Shown one piece after another: positions 49,799 to 58,719 of a stretch of DNA of 64,000 nucleotides. Location of the stretch: assembly GCA_963696385.1 (NCBI GenBank), contig CAVOKF010000003.1, positions 704,001-768,000 of the forward strand, read 5' to 3'. The position numbers and the translations under genes are program-made. The first letter of the stretch is position 1. Each line of letters starts with the position of its first letter. The DNA is from an uncultured delta proteobacterium (GTDB lineage Bacteria; Myxococcota_A; Polyangia; Polyangiales; Polyangiaceae). The notes below the pieces were generated by a model that saw only the letters and a program-made list of their open reading frames with translations, was not told where the DNA came from and made no database searches.

Positions 49799-51391
49799 TC
49801 ACTTGCGGTCCACCTTCCTCGACAGCGCCTCTCGCAGAAGCGCTACCTGATCTTTGCCAAGGCCGCCGACCGCCCATAGGCACAGGCCGTACGACGTCAC
49901 CGCCACGGGAGCGGCTACGAACGCCCACACGCGCGACAGCGACAGCGCCACGGCACCCATGACCCCACCGGCGACCAGACCGCGCACCATGCCGAGCGCC
50001 AGGCCACGATCGAAAATCCCCGCGGGCGCGAGCCAGACCCCTGCCACTACCATGAGCAGCTCACTCACGACGCTCGCCACACACACGCCGAGCCCGCCGT
50101 TGCCCATCCGTGACTGGAACCACGGAATGAGCAACGGATCGACCACACTACTTACAACGACGCAGAGGAACTGGGCTGCTGCCCACGCCTTTTGGCGCCC
50201 GGCAGCCAGGATCGAAATCCCAAGTGGCATGCTGACGTACATCAGCAGAAGAAAAGCAGAGAGAACGACGAGGTTCGCCTGGGCCGGACCATACGACTTT
50301 CGGCTAAAAAGCAGAATGCCGAGACCCGGATAGAGCGCACAACTGAGCGAAATGGGAATGGCGAGAACGATTGTTGCCCGAAGCGCGCTGCGGACGGTTT
50401 GCATGTAGCCCGCACGATCCCCGGCGTGCAGTCGCGACAAAGTGGGGTAAAGAGCGCCCACGATGAGGCTTGCGGGAAGAACGAGAGCGCCGATCAGCCG
50501 GCGCGCCACGGCGTGCCATCCCACCACTTCTGCTGGCGCGAGCTTCGACAGCAGGACGGCGTCGACGTTCGGTTGCAGTGCCATCGAGAAACCAAAGAGT
50601 AGAAATGGCGTGCCCTGAGTGACCAGAACCCGTAAGGCATCGCGGTCCGGTCGCAACCGTCCTACCCCGACCGACCCCAGAACGCGCGCAACGAGTAGCA
50701 ACACGATCGCTGAGGCCGCGGCTTGCGCCAAGAGCACTGCCCGGAGGCCCCCTCCGAGCCACAGCGTGGGCACAACGAATACGACGGCGAGCAACTGCTG
50801 CGCAACCTGACCGTACGCTCCGATGTCGGTTCGCTCGAACCCCCTCACCGTATCCTGGCACGCGCTCGTCAGGGTTTGAAAGAAGCATTGGGTTACGACG
50901 AGTGCCAGGACCAGTTGGAACTCGCGCGGATATCGCACGGCGGCGGAGCCCGCCGTCAACAAGCCGTAAACGACGAGTGCGACAGCAAAGCGCCAGAGCA
51001 AGGCCGTCCCGAGCAGCGCCCCGGCGCCGGAGCGATCGCGCGCGACGTTTCCGGTCAGAACGGCACCTTGACCCCATTCGACCACCAAAAATCCGAACGA
51101 GGTGAGCATCCAAGCCACGTAGATACGACCGAAGTCGCTGGCTCCCAGATAGCGAGCCATCACGGCCGTCAACAAGATCGAAAGCGGAGTCCCGACGACC
51201 TGCGCACCAAGTGAGACAAGCGTATTGCGGAGCACCAGGCGCCGTGGATTCGAGGAGACCGATTTCGCCGTCAAGAAGCCACCCCGCCCGCTGTCGTGCT
51301 CGCCCGAAACGATCTCCGATCCACCCTCATGTTCACCCGAAAGATCCCATAAGCGCATGAGCCTTGACGAGGGATTTCTTCTCTGCACCAC
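49799..51391 (-). CDS. wzx: Wzx-type flippase
   Basis: More than ten TM segments; ARYLGASDFG, DAVLLSKL...VGW, ALYPTLSRL, LLIPW...GGLG; true start probably downstream of the ORF start. Confidence 0.88.
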   Translation of the reverse strand: MVQRRNPSSRLMRLWDLSGEHEGGSEIVSGEHDSGRGGFLTAKSVSSNPRRLVLRNTLVSLGAQVVGTPLSILLTAVMARYLGASDFGRIYVAWMLTSFGFLVVEWGQGAVLTGNVARDRSGAGALLGTALLWRFAVALVVYGLLTAGSAAVRYPREFQLVLALVVTQCFFQTLTSACQDTVRGFERTDIGAYGQVAQQLLAVVFVVPTLWLGGGLRAVLLAQAAASAIVLLLVARVLGSVGVGRLRPDRDALRVLVTQGTPFLLFGFSMALQPNVDAVLLSKLAPAEVVGWHAVARRLIGALVLPASLIVGALYPTLSRLHAGDRAGYMQTVRSALRATIVLAIPISLSCALYPGLGILLFSRKSYGPAQANLVVLSAFLLLMYVSMPLGISILAAGRQKAWAAAQFLCVVVSSVVDPLLIPWFQSRMGNGGLGVCVASVVSELLMVVAGVWLAPAGIFDRGLALGMVRGLVAGGVMGAVALSLSRVWAFVAAPVAVTSYGLCLWAVGGLGKDQVALLREALSRKVDRK

Positions 51392-51735
51392 GGCGGCTTC
51401 GGGCCGAGATCCACGACCGGATGGTCCGCCGAGCCGGCTTTCGGTTCACGCCTCCGTTGTGCATCGGACCCGACCGATCGCCCATGCACGGCCGCGCCCC
51501 GAGCAGCGTCCCGTGCCAAAAGCGGTTCGATCGCGGCATCGTGCGAGCCATCCAACGAGGAGAGGCGGAAGCGAACGACGGCCGGCGAGCCCCGGCGCCC
51601 CCGTGCCGCATTTGAACCCAACCCCGGCCCACCTTGAAGTATCCTGAAGGCCCTTTTCCGCGAGCCGCGCACCCCCGCGCGCCGCGAGATGTCATCCATC
51701 CCAGACGCATCGAGATCTGCGAAACCACGAAGCAC

Positions 51736-52608
51736 ATGGACATCTCTTTGGTGATATGCACGCGGAATCGCGCCTCTCAGCTCTCCGAAGCCTTGCGTCG
51801 ACTGGAGCGAATCGAGTCCGAAATACCCTGGGAGCTTGTCATCGTCGACAATGGATCGACCGACTCGACGGCCTCCGTTCTTCGGGAATTCCAATCGCGA
51901 GGCGGCTTGCGCGCCCGCGCGATCCTGGTTTTCGAAGGGCATCCCGGGCTCGGGCGCGCACGGAACACAGGCTGGAGAAAGGCGTCCGGGAAGATCATCG
52001 CGTTTTCCGACGACGACTGCTATCCGCAAGAGGACTACATCAGTCGTATGGTGGAGTGCTTTGCAGAGCGCGAGGTCGGATTCATCGGCGGGCGGGTGCT
52101 CTTGTTCGACAACACCGACATTCGGTTGACCATCCAGGAGCTGGGCGAACGAGTTGACCTTTTGCCGAGAACGTTCATCCGGGCGGGCCTGATTCAGGGC
52201 GCGAATTTTGCCGTGCGACGGGAGGTTCTCGAAGCCATCGGCGGATTCGACGATCGCTTCGGTGCGGGGACTCCGTTCGCATGCGAGGACGTCGACTTGC
52301 TTGCTCGCGCTTCGGCGCTCGGGTGGAAGGGCGCGTACGATCCACGGCCGGTCGTTTATCACCATCATGGTCGCAAATCGTGGCGATTCGAGGGTCGACG
52401 ACTCCTGAAGACATACGATATCGCGCGCGGAGCCTACTACACGAAGACGATACTCAATCGGCCCATGTCGCGCGTCTACCTACTCCGTTGGCTGGACTTG
52501 ATGACGAAGCAGAGTCCATTTCGCACCTTCCGCGAACTGGTGGGCGGCCTTCGGTTCCTTGTGGCTGAGTTCGCGTCGCATCAGGAGACCGGGGTCCCCA
52601 GGTCCTGA
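51736..52608 (+). CDS. GT2 glycosyltransferase
   Basis: ISLVICTRNR, VDNGSTD, ARNTG, AFSDDD, GGFDDRFG, EDVD. Confidence 0.92.
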   Translation: MDISLVICTRNRASQLSEALRRLERIESEIPWELVIVDNGSTDSTASVLREFQSRGGLRARAILVFEGHPGLGRARNTGWRKASGKIIAFSDDDCYPQEDYISRMVECFAEREVGFIGGRVLLFDNTDIRLTIQELGERVDLLPRTFIRAGLIQGANFAVRREVLEAIGGFDDRFGAGTPFACEDVDLLARASALGWKGAYDPRPVVYHHHGRKSWRFEGRRLLKTYDIARGAYYTKTILNRPMSRVYLLRWLDLMTKQSPFRTFRELVGGLRFLVAEFASHQETGVPRS

Positions 52609-52749
52609 GCAACGCCGTTTCCTGAACCGTGGCGATCGGGCGGGGCCCTTCCCAAGCTCGAGTCCCGGATGCGGCCGGTGTCCTGTGGGCGGGCGCAAGC
52701 CCACCCGAATGATGGGTCGGCGCCACGCCCCGGGCGGGCGCCCTCCTGC

Positions 52750-53841
52750 TCATCCGGCTGTGGGCACCGAACCATCGGACGCCGCGGCGCGACCGTCGAG
52801 CGACGCTTGGATCGCCCCGCTCACGTCGCCGCAAAATTTGTCGAGCGTATGGTGCTTCTCCACATAGGCTCGCGCGGCCCGCCCCATGGCGCTGGCGCGG
52901 TCCGGATCGTTCCACAGAGACACGATCGCCGCGCGCAGCGCAGAGGCATCCCCAACAGGAACGAACAGACCCGTCACCCCTTCCTGGATCACGTCCACCT
53001 GTCCTTTCGTGCGGGAGCAGATGACCGGCTTGCCCATAGCCATTGCTTCGAGGATTACGTTGACGCCGTTGTCCGTGTCCGTTCGGCTTAGCGGCACGAC
53101 CACGAACCGCGACTTCGCGTACGTTTCACGAAGGTCGGTGAGCGGCAGACGGCCGACGGTCACGTTGTCGCTTGCAAGACGGGCAAAGACTTCGGCGCTC
53201 ACGCGGTGTCCGAAGCCGAAACGATCCACTCGCACGTGATCGGTTGCGATGTGGCAACGGAGGTCGGTACCGCGTAGGGCATCGAGCAGTGTCGGATAAT
53301 CACGCATTTCGGCCCCTGCGCTGCTTATCATTTCGATCGACCGCTCACGCGGGCTCCAAAACAGCTGGTCGACGAAGTGCTTCACGAGGTAGATCTTGTC
53401 CGGGGCGATCCGAAGCCGCTCGATCGCGTAGGTCCGCTGCACCGAGCTCCAGGTCACAATCGCCTGAAGCCCGCTGCCAAACGCCTCAAGGACTGTCCGG
53501 ACGCTCGGTCTGGAAAACCAATAAAGCATCGCTACATGCGGCTTGCTTCCAGGCGAGAAACGATCGAGCGCCATCAAGGCCAAGGAGACGCGCTCGCTCC
53601 ATGTCACGATCACGTCGTATTCCTCGCGACGACGGCTCACTTCGGCCGCAAGCCTTGCCCATCCAGGAATCCTCGGTGCCATGAGGCGAGGTTTTACGTC
53701 ACCGAGAATCGATTCGTCGTACCGTCTTTCGAACAGATCGTCGAACAACTGCCAGCGGGGTGCAGTGGCCCCGGTGGCATCGCGCGGGGGACGGTCTGTC
53801 GTGCGGCCCTGTACGGCCAGAGCCATTCGTCGTCTCGTCAC
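52750..53841 (-). CDS. GT4 glycosyltransferase
   Basis: SAGAEMRDYPTL, FVVVPL...GVNVILEAMAMGKPVI, GLFVPVGD. Confidence 0.9.
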   Translation of the reverse strand: MTRRRMALAVQGRTTDRPPRDATGATAPRWQLFDDLFERRYDESILGDVKPRLMAPRIPGWARLAAEVSRRREEYDVIVTWSERVSLALMALDRFSPGSKPHVAMLYWFSRPSVRTVLEAFGSGLQAIVTWSSVQRTYAIERLRIAPDKIYLVKHFVDQLFWSPRERSIEMISSAGAEMRDYPTLLDALRGTDLRCHIATDHVRVDRFGFGHRVSAEVFARLASDNVTVGRLPLTDLRETYAKSRFVVVPLSRTDTDNGVNVILEAMAMGKPVICSRTKGQVDVIQEGVTGLFVPVGDASALRAAIVSLWNDPDRASAMGRAARAYVEKHHTLDKFCGDVSGAIQASLDGRAAASDGSVPTAG

Positions 53842-53893
53842 TCAAACGCCTCCCTATTCTCGGGATCCATACTCACAGACAGCACTCGGCGCC

Positions 53894-54710
53894 TCAAGTG
53901 CCGCCCTCGCCCGATCGCAACAGAGCCCGCCCGAGAACCAGCAGGAACTTCGGGTCGCGCACGAGATAGCGATACGACAAGCGTCGCGGCTCACGACATA
54001 GGCGAAAGAGCCACTCGAGCCCCGACCGTGCCATCCAGCGTGGAGCGCGAGGCGCTGTACCAGCTAGGAAGTCCAGCGAAGCGCCGACGCCGAGCAAGAC
54101 CGCCGGGCGTAGGTCGTCGCGAGCACGGTCGATCCGAGATCTCCTGCTTTGGCGCCCCGAACGCGACGAGCACAAGGTCAGGGTGCGCCGCCCGGACGCG
54201 CTCGACGACGTGGGCCTGACGCCCGAGCGGTTCGTCCGCATCGAAACGGGGAGAATCGACGCCAACGATCTTGAGATCGGGAAGCTGCTCTCCGAGCCTC
54301 TGGCGCGCCATCTCGCCGACGCCGGGCGCGCCACCCAGGAGATACACGCCCCACCCGCGGGCGGCCGATCGGGCCAGGAGGAGCGGAACGAAGTCGGATC
54401 CGGCAACCCGCTCCGGAATGGGAGAACGAAGCAAATGGGACGCCCAAACAATCGGCATGCCGTCCGCAATGCAGAGATCCGCCCGGCCGTAAGCCGATCG
54501 CATGGCGGGATCTTCGTGAGCAATCATCACGTGGTCGACGTTCGGCGTAAACACCGCACCGCCCCTGCCCTTCGCGATGAGCGCCTCGACCACGTCCAGA
54601 GCCTCGCCTTGCGTGACCGAGTCGATCCGCACCGGGCCAAGCTGCAGGAACCGCCTCGGGCTCACCGAGCTAGCTCCGGCTCCGTCGAGCGCCCCGCGGG
54701 CCGGTGTCAT
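53894..54710 (-). CDS. WecG/TagA/CpsF-family glycosyltransferase (+1 frameshift near 54136)
   Basis: FTPNVDH, ADGMP, ERVAGSD, AFGAPKQE in one frame; GVGASLDF, GLEWLFRL...EPRRL in the other. Confidence 0.92.
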
Positions 54711-55333
54711 GTCTCGGAATCCAAGGGCGCAGGCCTTTCTCCCGCCAAGCGCGACGAGACAGAAGGGACCGGCGCTTGAACGATGGAGTCTGGCGGAACC
54801 GACGTTCGGACAAAACAGTTCGCCGTAACCTTCGAACGTGCACCGAGTGTGATCGGTCCCACGATCGTGCTTCCTGCCCCCACGTGAACACCGGTCGCAA
54901 CGACCGGCGCCCCAATCTTTCCACTGCGCGGGTCCGCACTCATTCCGAGCGTAACGTTCTGGAAGAGTATCGCTCCACGCTCGACGCGCGCGGCGCGACT
55001 GACCGCGAGGCCCATGCCATGAACGAGCACAATCCCGGGCTCGAACTGCGCTTGCCAATGAATGTCGGATCCGTAGGCGTGACGAATCAGCCTCGAGGCG
55101 ATCTGAGGTGCAAGGGGAAGTCCGGCTTCGACGAAAAAGCGCATGGTTCGGTACGCTGCCAGCATCTGAAAGCCGACACGGGTCACGAGGTCTCTCGCCA
55201 ATACCGATTCACCAGGGAACCGCTCGGCCCCGTATTTCGCGTCGTAATAGCAGAGCATTCTATGGTCTTCGCGAACCGCGTCCACCATAGCGCGCCATGC
55301 GCGGACGATACCCACCGGCCCGGGACGAGTCAC
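54707..55333 (-). CDS. serine O-acetyltransferase (CysE)-like LbH acyltransferase
   Basis: YGSDIH...GIVLVHGMG...FQNVTLG...APVV...VGAGS; coupled to neighbours by GTGA and ATGA overlaps. Confidence 0.85.
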   Translation of the reverse strand: MTRPGPVGIVRAWRAMVDAVREDHRMLCYYDAKYGAERFPGESVLARDLVTRVGFQMLAAYRTMRFFVEAGLPLAPQIASRLIRHAYGSDIHWQAQFEPGIVLVHGMGLAVSRAARVERGAILFQNVTLGMSADPRSGKIGAPVVATGVHVGAGSTIVGPITLGARSKVTANCFVRTSVPPDSIVQAPVPSVSSRLAGERPAPLDSET

Positions 55334-56163
55334 GGGGACAAACCCGCGCCGCTCGCCTTGCGACGTTGAACGGCCTCTACGTGATCCATGAGCTCGCGAA
55401 TCGAGCGCACGGCTCTCACCTGGTCCTCCGCCAACGCGACGCCGATCTCTTCCTCGAGTGCCACGATGAGGCGCAGTGCGCCGAGGGAATCCCATTGCGG
55501 GATCTGGCCCGGGCCATCCTGCACGTCCGGAACACGGGATAGACCGAGCACGTGCATGACGAGCGCCGGCACGTCCCGTGGGAGGACGTCCGCGTGGTTG
55601 TCGCGATCCAACCGTGTCCGCGCGGGATTCCCCTCCACGACTGCGCCATCGGGAACGTCACCGGAGACTACGCTCCCAGCCCGCACCACCACGCCGCACC
55701 CAATCGTCGACCCCGGAAGAACGACGACGCGGTGGCCAAGCGTAGAGCCCTTGCCGACGCACACGCGCTTCGGAGCGGCGTTGCTCCTGAAATCCTCGGC
55801 CACGTGAAAGTTCGAGTCCAAGATGATCGAGAAGGCGCCGATTGACACGCCGTCCTGAATCTCCATTTCGCCGATGCACGAAATAGCTGCGCCTGCTCCG
55901 ATGCGAACTCGATTCCCAATGCGAAGGCTGCCGCTGACGAAAAGGTGCGACCGAACGGGACGGCTATTCAGCCGGAAATCGTCGCCGATGAGCAACGTCC
56001 CTGAATTGTGCACGAACGGGGAGCCGCCAAGCGCGGGCCGAGCGCCCACTCCAGTGCACCGGCGCAACCGGTATCGATCGACGGTTTCGGTGTAGCGGTC
56101 GCGCAGATGCCCGATCCAACCGCTGCCGCCCGCTCGGCTCCTCGCCATCGGCGTTAGCGTCAC
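55330..56163 (-). CDS. LbH acyltransferase fused to C-terminal acyl carrier protein
   Basis: Hexapeptide repeats with ILDSNFH and GNPAR, then ACP helices with phosphopantetheine motif QWDSLGALRLIVALEE (Ser at 55486-55488). Confidence 0.88.
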   Translation of the reverse strand: MTLTPMARSRAGGSGWIGHLRDRYTETVDRYRLRRCTGVGARPALGGSPFVHNSGTLLIGDDFRLNSRPVRSHLFVSGSLRIGNRVRIGAGAAISCIGEMEIQDGVSIGAFSIILDSNFHVAEDFRSNAAPKRVCVGKGSTLGHRVVVLPGSTIGCGVVVRAGSVVSGDVPDGAVVEGNPARTRLDRDNHADVLPRDVPALVMHVLGLSRVPDVQDGPGQIPQWDSLGALRLIVALEEEIGVALAEDQVRAVRSIRELMDHVEAVQRRKASGAGLSP

Positions 56164-58544
56164 GCGATGAGCTCCAGAGAAATGGCCTCGGGGATCGGAA
56201 ATTCGCGGCGGGTGTCCCAAATAAAGCGCGTGGGCAGTTCGCGCTGGAAGCTCGAACGTTCCCAAAATTCAAGACAAGGCTTGTTCTTCGGGGTCGTTAC
56301 CAGGTCCGCGATGACGACGTCCAGCGACAGCTTCCTGGCGGTGTCCACGGCGATGTGCGCCATCGTCTCCTCGACACGACGACCCATGACCCGGCAACTC
56401 AGAACGAAGTCGACGACACGCGCAGCGCCTCCCTGCGCCTCCAAACTGAGGACGCCTGTCAAGCCGGCATCGCCCAGGCGGTCCGACACCGACAGTGCCC
56501 ACAGCCAACGCCCCTTCTGCGTTGCCCATGCGAGCAGCTCGCCCTCCGTCAGCCGCCGGGTGGCCAGGTTCATCTGATTGGTTTTGTTCAGTAGCTGCGT
56601 CGCGCGCGACAGGTTCGCGGCGTTCAACGGCTCGGCGCGGACACGTATTCCGAGGCCCTTGAGCCACTCGTCGAGGGAGCCAACCTGAGCGCGGAGCTCC
56701 TCACGCTTGCGGTCCGACGCATACATTTCGGTGCGGACGGCGTCCTCCGCACTGCGCGTCGGAGTGTCGAAGCAGCGCAGCGACAGGAGCGTGCTTGCGT
56801 AGGCGAGCTTATCGTCCGGCCAATCCGGAACGAATACTTCGGGCAACGCCTCACGCACCCGCGCCCGCTCGAAAGGATTGTCGTCGATGAACACCGTCGA
56901 CTGGAGCCCCAGGTTCACACTGGATACGATTTCGGCGACGTTCTTGGCCTTGTCTTGCCAGTTGATCCGCCACGCGACGAAATCATCCTCTTTCAGGACC
57001 ATCGCGGCGTGATTGCGAATCGCCTCGAGTGCGACGGTCTCTTCGTTTTTGCTCACCATGGCGAGCAAAATGCCACGCCGCTTGAGGCTCTTTAGCGCGC
57101 GTTGAAAGTCGACGAACGCCTCTCCGACGCTGTCGTGACCGCCGAGGCGCAGTTGTTCCCAGCCGACGTCGCCGACGATTCCACCCCAAAGCGTGTCGTC
57201 GAGATCGACCACGACGAGCTTGCGCGTCAGGCCGGTCATGCTGGCGATTGCAGCTCTGATGTCCCCGGCTGCCTGTTCGAAGACCCCCGAGTGAAAGGGG
57301 ACCTTGCCCATGTACCAAAGCTTGGCGCTGTACGCGCCGCGGCCGACGTGTTCGAACCATCGCTGGGCGTTGAGTACGAAGATGCTCGGCGCCCCATCGA
57401 GCTGCGCGACGAGCCGATGATTGATGGCGTAGAGAGCGCGCGTTATCCCATGAGGGCGTGAATCGGCGAGACCCAACCCCCGCCGCCACGGCGCAACCGT
57501 CCACGAAGGCACGAACGCGAACCGGTACGATTGCAGGCCCTCCCGCAGCAGTTTGACGAAGGCGTCGACTTCCGAGAGAAGGACTTCCTCCTCGACCTGC
57601 TCGAACTCCAGAACGCGAGCGAAGGAGGGCAAAACGCCTTCGGGTCGGGTCCATACAACCGCGTAGTCGTGCTCCGAGTTCCTCGCCGACATCAGCGTGG
57701 GGACGACTTGACCGTAAGGCGCAACTGTCGCAGCAACCGGAGCGCTCTCGCCACCGGCTTCGAGGAAACGAGCCAACTCGTCGATCGTGAAATCCGACAC
57801 GAGAAGACCCCGATGAGCCGCCTCAGGACGTGCGCCGCCTGATGCTTTTGCGGTCCCGTTCTGGAGCCCCCGGTCACCCTCGACCTCCCGCATCGAGGCG
57901 CCGTTCGCGCCGACCGCTCCCGTCGATTGGACGACGGCGGCGCCACGGTCGAGATACCGAAGAACACGCGCCGGGTTGCCTCCGGCAACGACCCTCGGCG
58001 GCACCTCGCCGGTGACGACGCTGCCGGCGGTGATGACGGCGCCATGACCGATACGGGCGCCCGGCAGCACCGTCACGCGACTCGCCAGCCACACGCCGTC
58101 GCCAATCTCGACCGGCTCCGCGCCGATGCCCTCAGGGCCTTCGGGGTCCCCCAGTTCGGTGTCCGAGACGATGCAGTACGGGCCGATGGCGACACGGTCA
58201 CCGATCGTGACGCGGAGGTTCGCGCTGATGACGCTGCCAAAGTTGATGGACCCTTGCCCACCGATGCGAATGGCGCCGTTGGGGCCCGTCATAAGTTCGA
58301 CGGGGGCGAAGTCGCATACCAGCTTCGTGCGGCTGCCGATGTCGATGCGCCCCCGGTTGTCGACATGGACCCGGCCGATCACGCGAACCCAAGCGCCAAC
58401 GGTATTGCAGTTTCGAAACTGCAAGCGACCGGAAGCGGCTTCGGCGATGTATGCGGCGTCCTCCCTCAGGCGTGTCAAAAGAGCCTGGTCGCGCTGACGG
58501 ACCAGCCGCTCGCGCAGGAGAGAAAGAAACTGGTTCACGGCCAT
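56160..58544 (-). CDS. LbH acyltransferase fused to FkbH-like (HAD-IIIC) glyceryl-ACP synthase
   Basis: N-terminal hexapeptide domain ending GGNPAR; then VVDLDDTLWGG, SKN, INWQDK, FIDDNPFER, KTNQMN, LSCRVMGR. Confidence 0.92.
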   Translation of the reverse strand: MAVNQFLSLLRERLVRQRDQALLTRLREDAAYIAEAASGRLQFRNCNTVGAWVRVIGRVHVDNRGRIDIGSRTKLVCDFAPVELMTGPNGAIRIGGQGSINFGSVISANLRVTIGDRVAIGPYCIVSDTELGDPEGPEGIGAEPVEIGDGVWLASRVTVLPGARIGHGAVITAGSVVTGEVPPRVVAGGNPARVLRYLDRGAAVVQSTGAVGANGASMREVEGDRGLQNGTAKASGGARPEAAHRGLLVSDFTIDELARFLEAGGESAPVAATVAPYGQVVPTLMSARNSEHDYAVVWTRPEGVLPSFARVLEFEQVEEEVLLSEVDAFVKLLREGLQSYRFAFVPSWTVAPWRRGLGLADSRPHGITRALYAINHRLVAQLDGAPSIFVLNAQRWFEHVGRGAYSAKLWYMGKVPFHSGVFEQAAGDIRAAIASMTGLTRKLVVVDLDDTLWGGIVGDVGWEQLRLGGHDSVGEAFVDFQRALKSLKRRGILLAMVSKNEETVALEAIRNHAAMVLKEDDFVAWRINWQDKAKNVAEIVSSVNLGLQSTVFIDDNPFERARVREALPEVFVPDWPDDKLAYASTLLSLRCFDTPTRSAEDAVRTEMYASDRKREELRAQVGSLDEWLKGLGIRVRAEPLNAANLSRATQLLNKTNQMNLATRRLTEGELLAWATQKGRWLWALSVSDRLGDAGLTGVLSLEAQGGAARVVDFVLSCRVMGRRVEETMAHIAVDTARKLSLDVVIADLVTTPKNKPCLEFWERSSFQRELPTRFIWDTRREFPIPEAISLELIA

Positions 58545-58719
58545 TAATCCAGTAGCGTCTGCATGGGCTCAGATCAAGGCCGTGCGTGCGCACCCTCGTT
58601 GCCTCTGCAGGGCTCATCTTGTCGCCCACGGCATCGATGGCGTATCCTCCGAGATTGCGCGCTCCGGCGTAGCGGTGAGGCGGGATGCGACGCCGGCCCG
58701 ACGAGCAAGGAGACACCTT

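Noticed and set aside
11603..54710. Calling the six split genes pseudogenes or programmed frameshifts
   Set aside because: Each has one extra base with motifs intact on both sides and no slippery heptamer; sequencing error is simpler.
55330..58544. FkbH/ACP as part of a polyketide or NRPS cluster
   Set aside because: No ketosynthase, adenylation, condensation or methoxymalonyl dehydrogenase genes in the window; neighbours are glycan genes.
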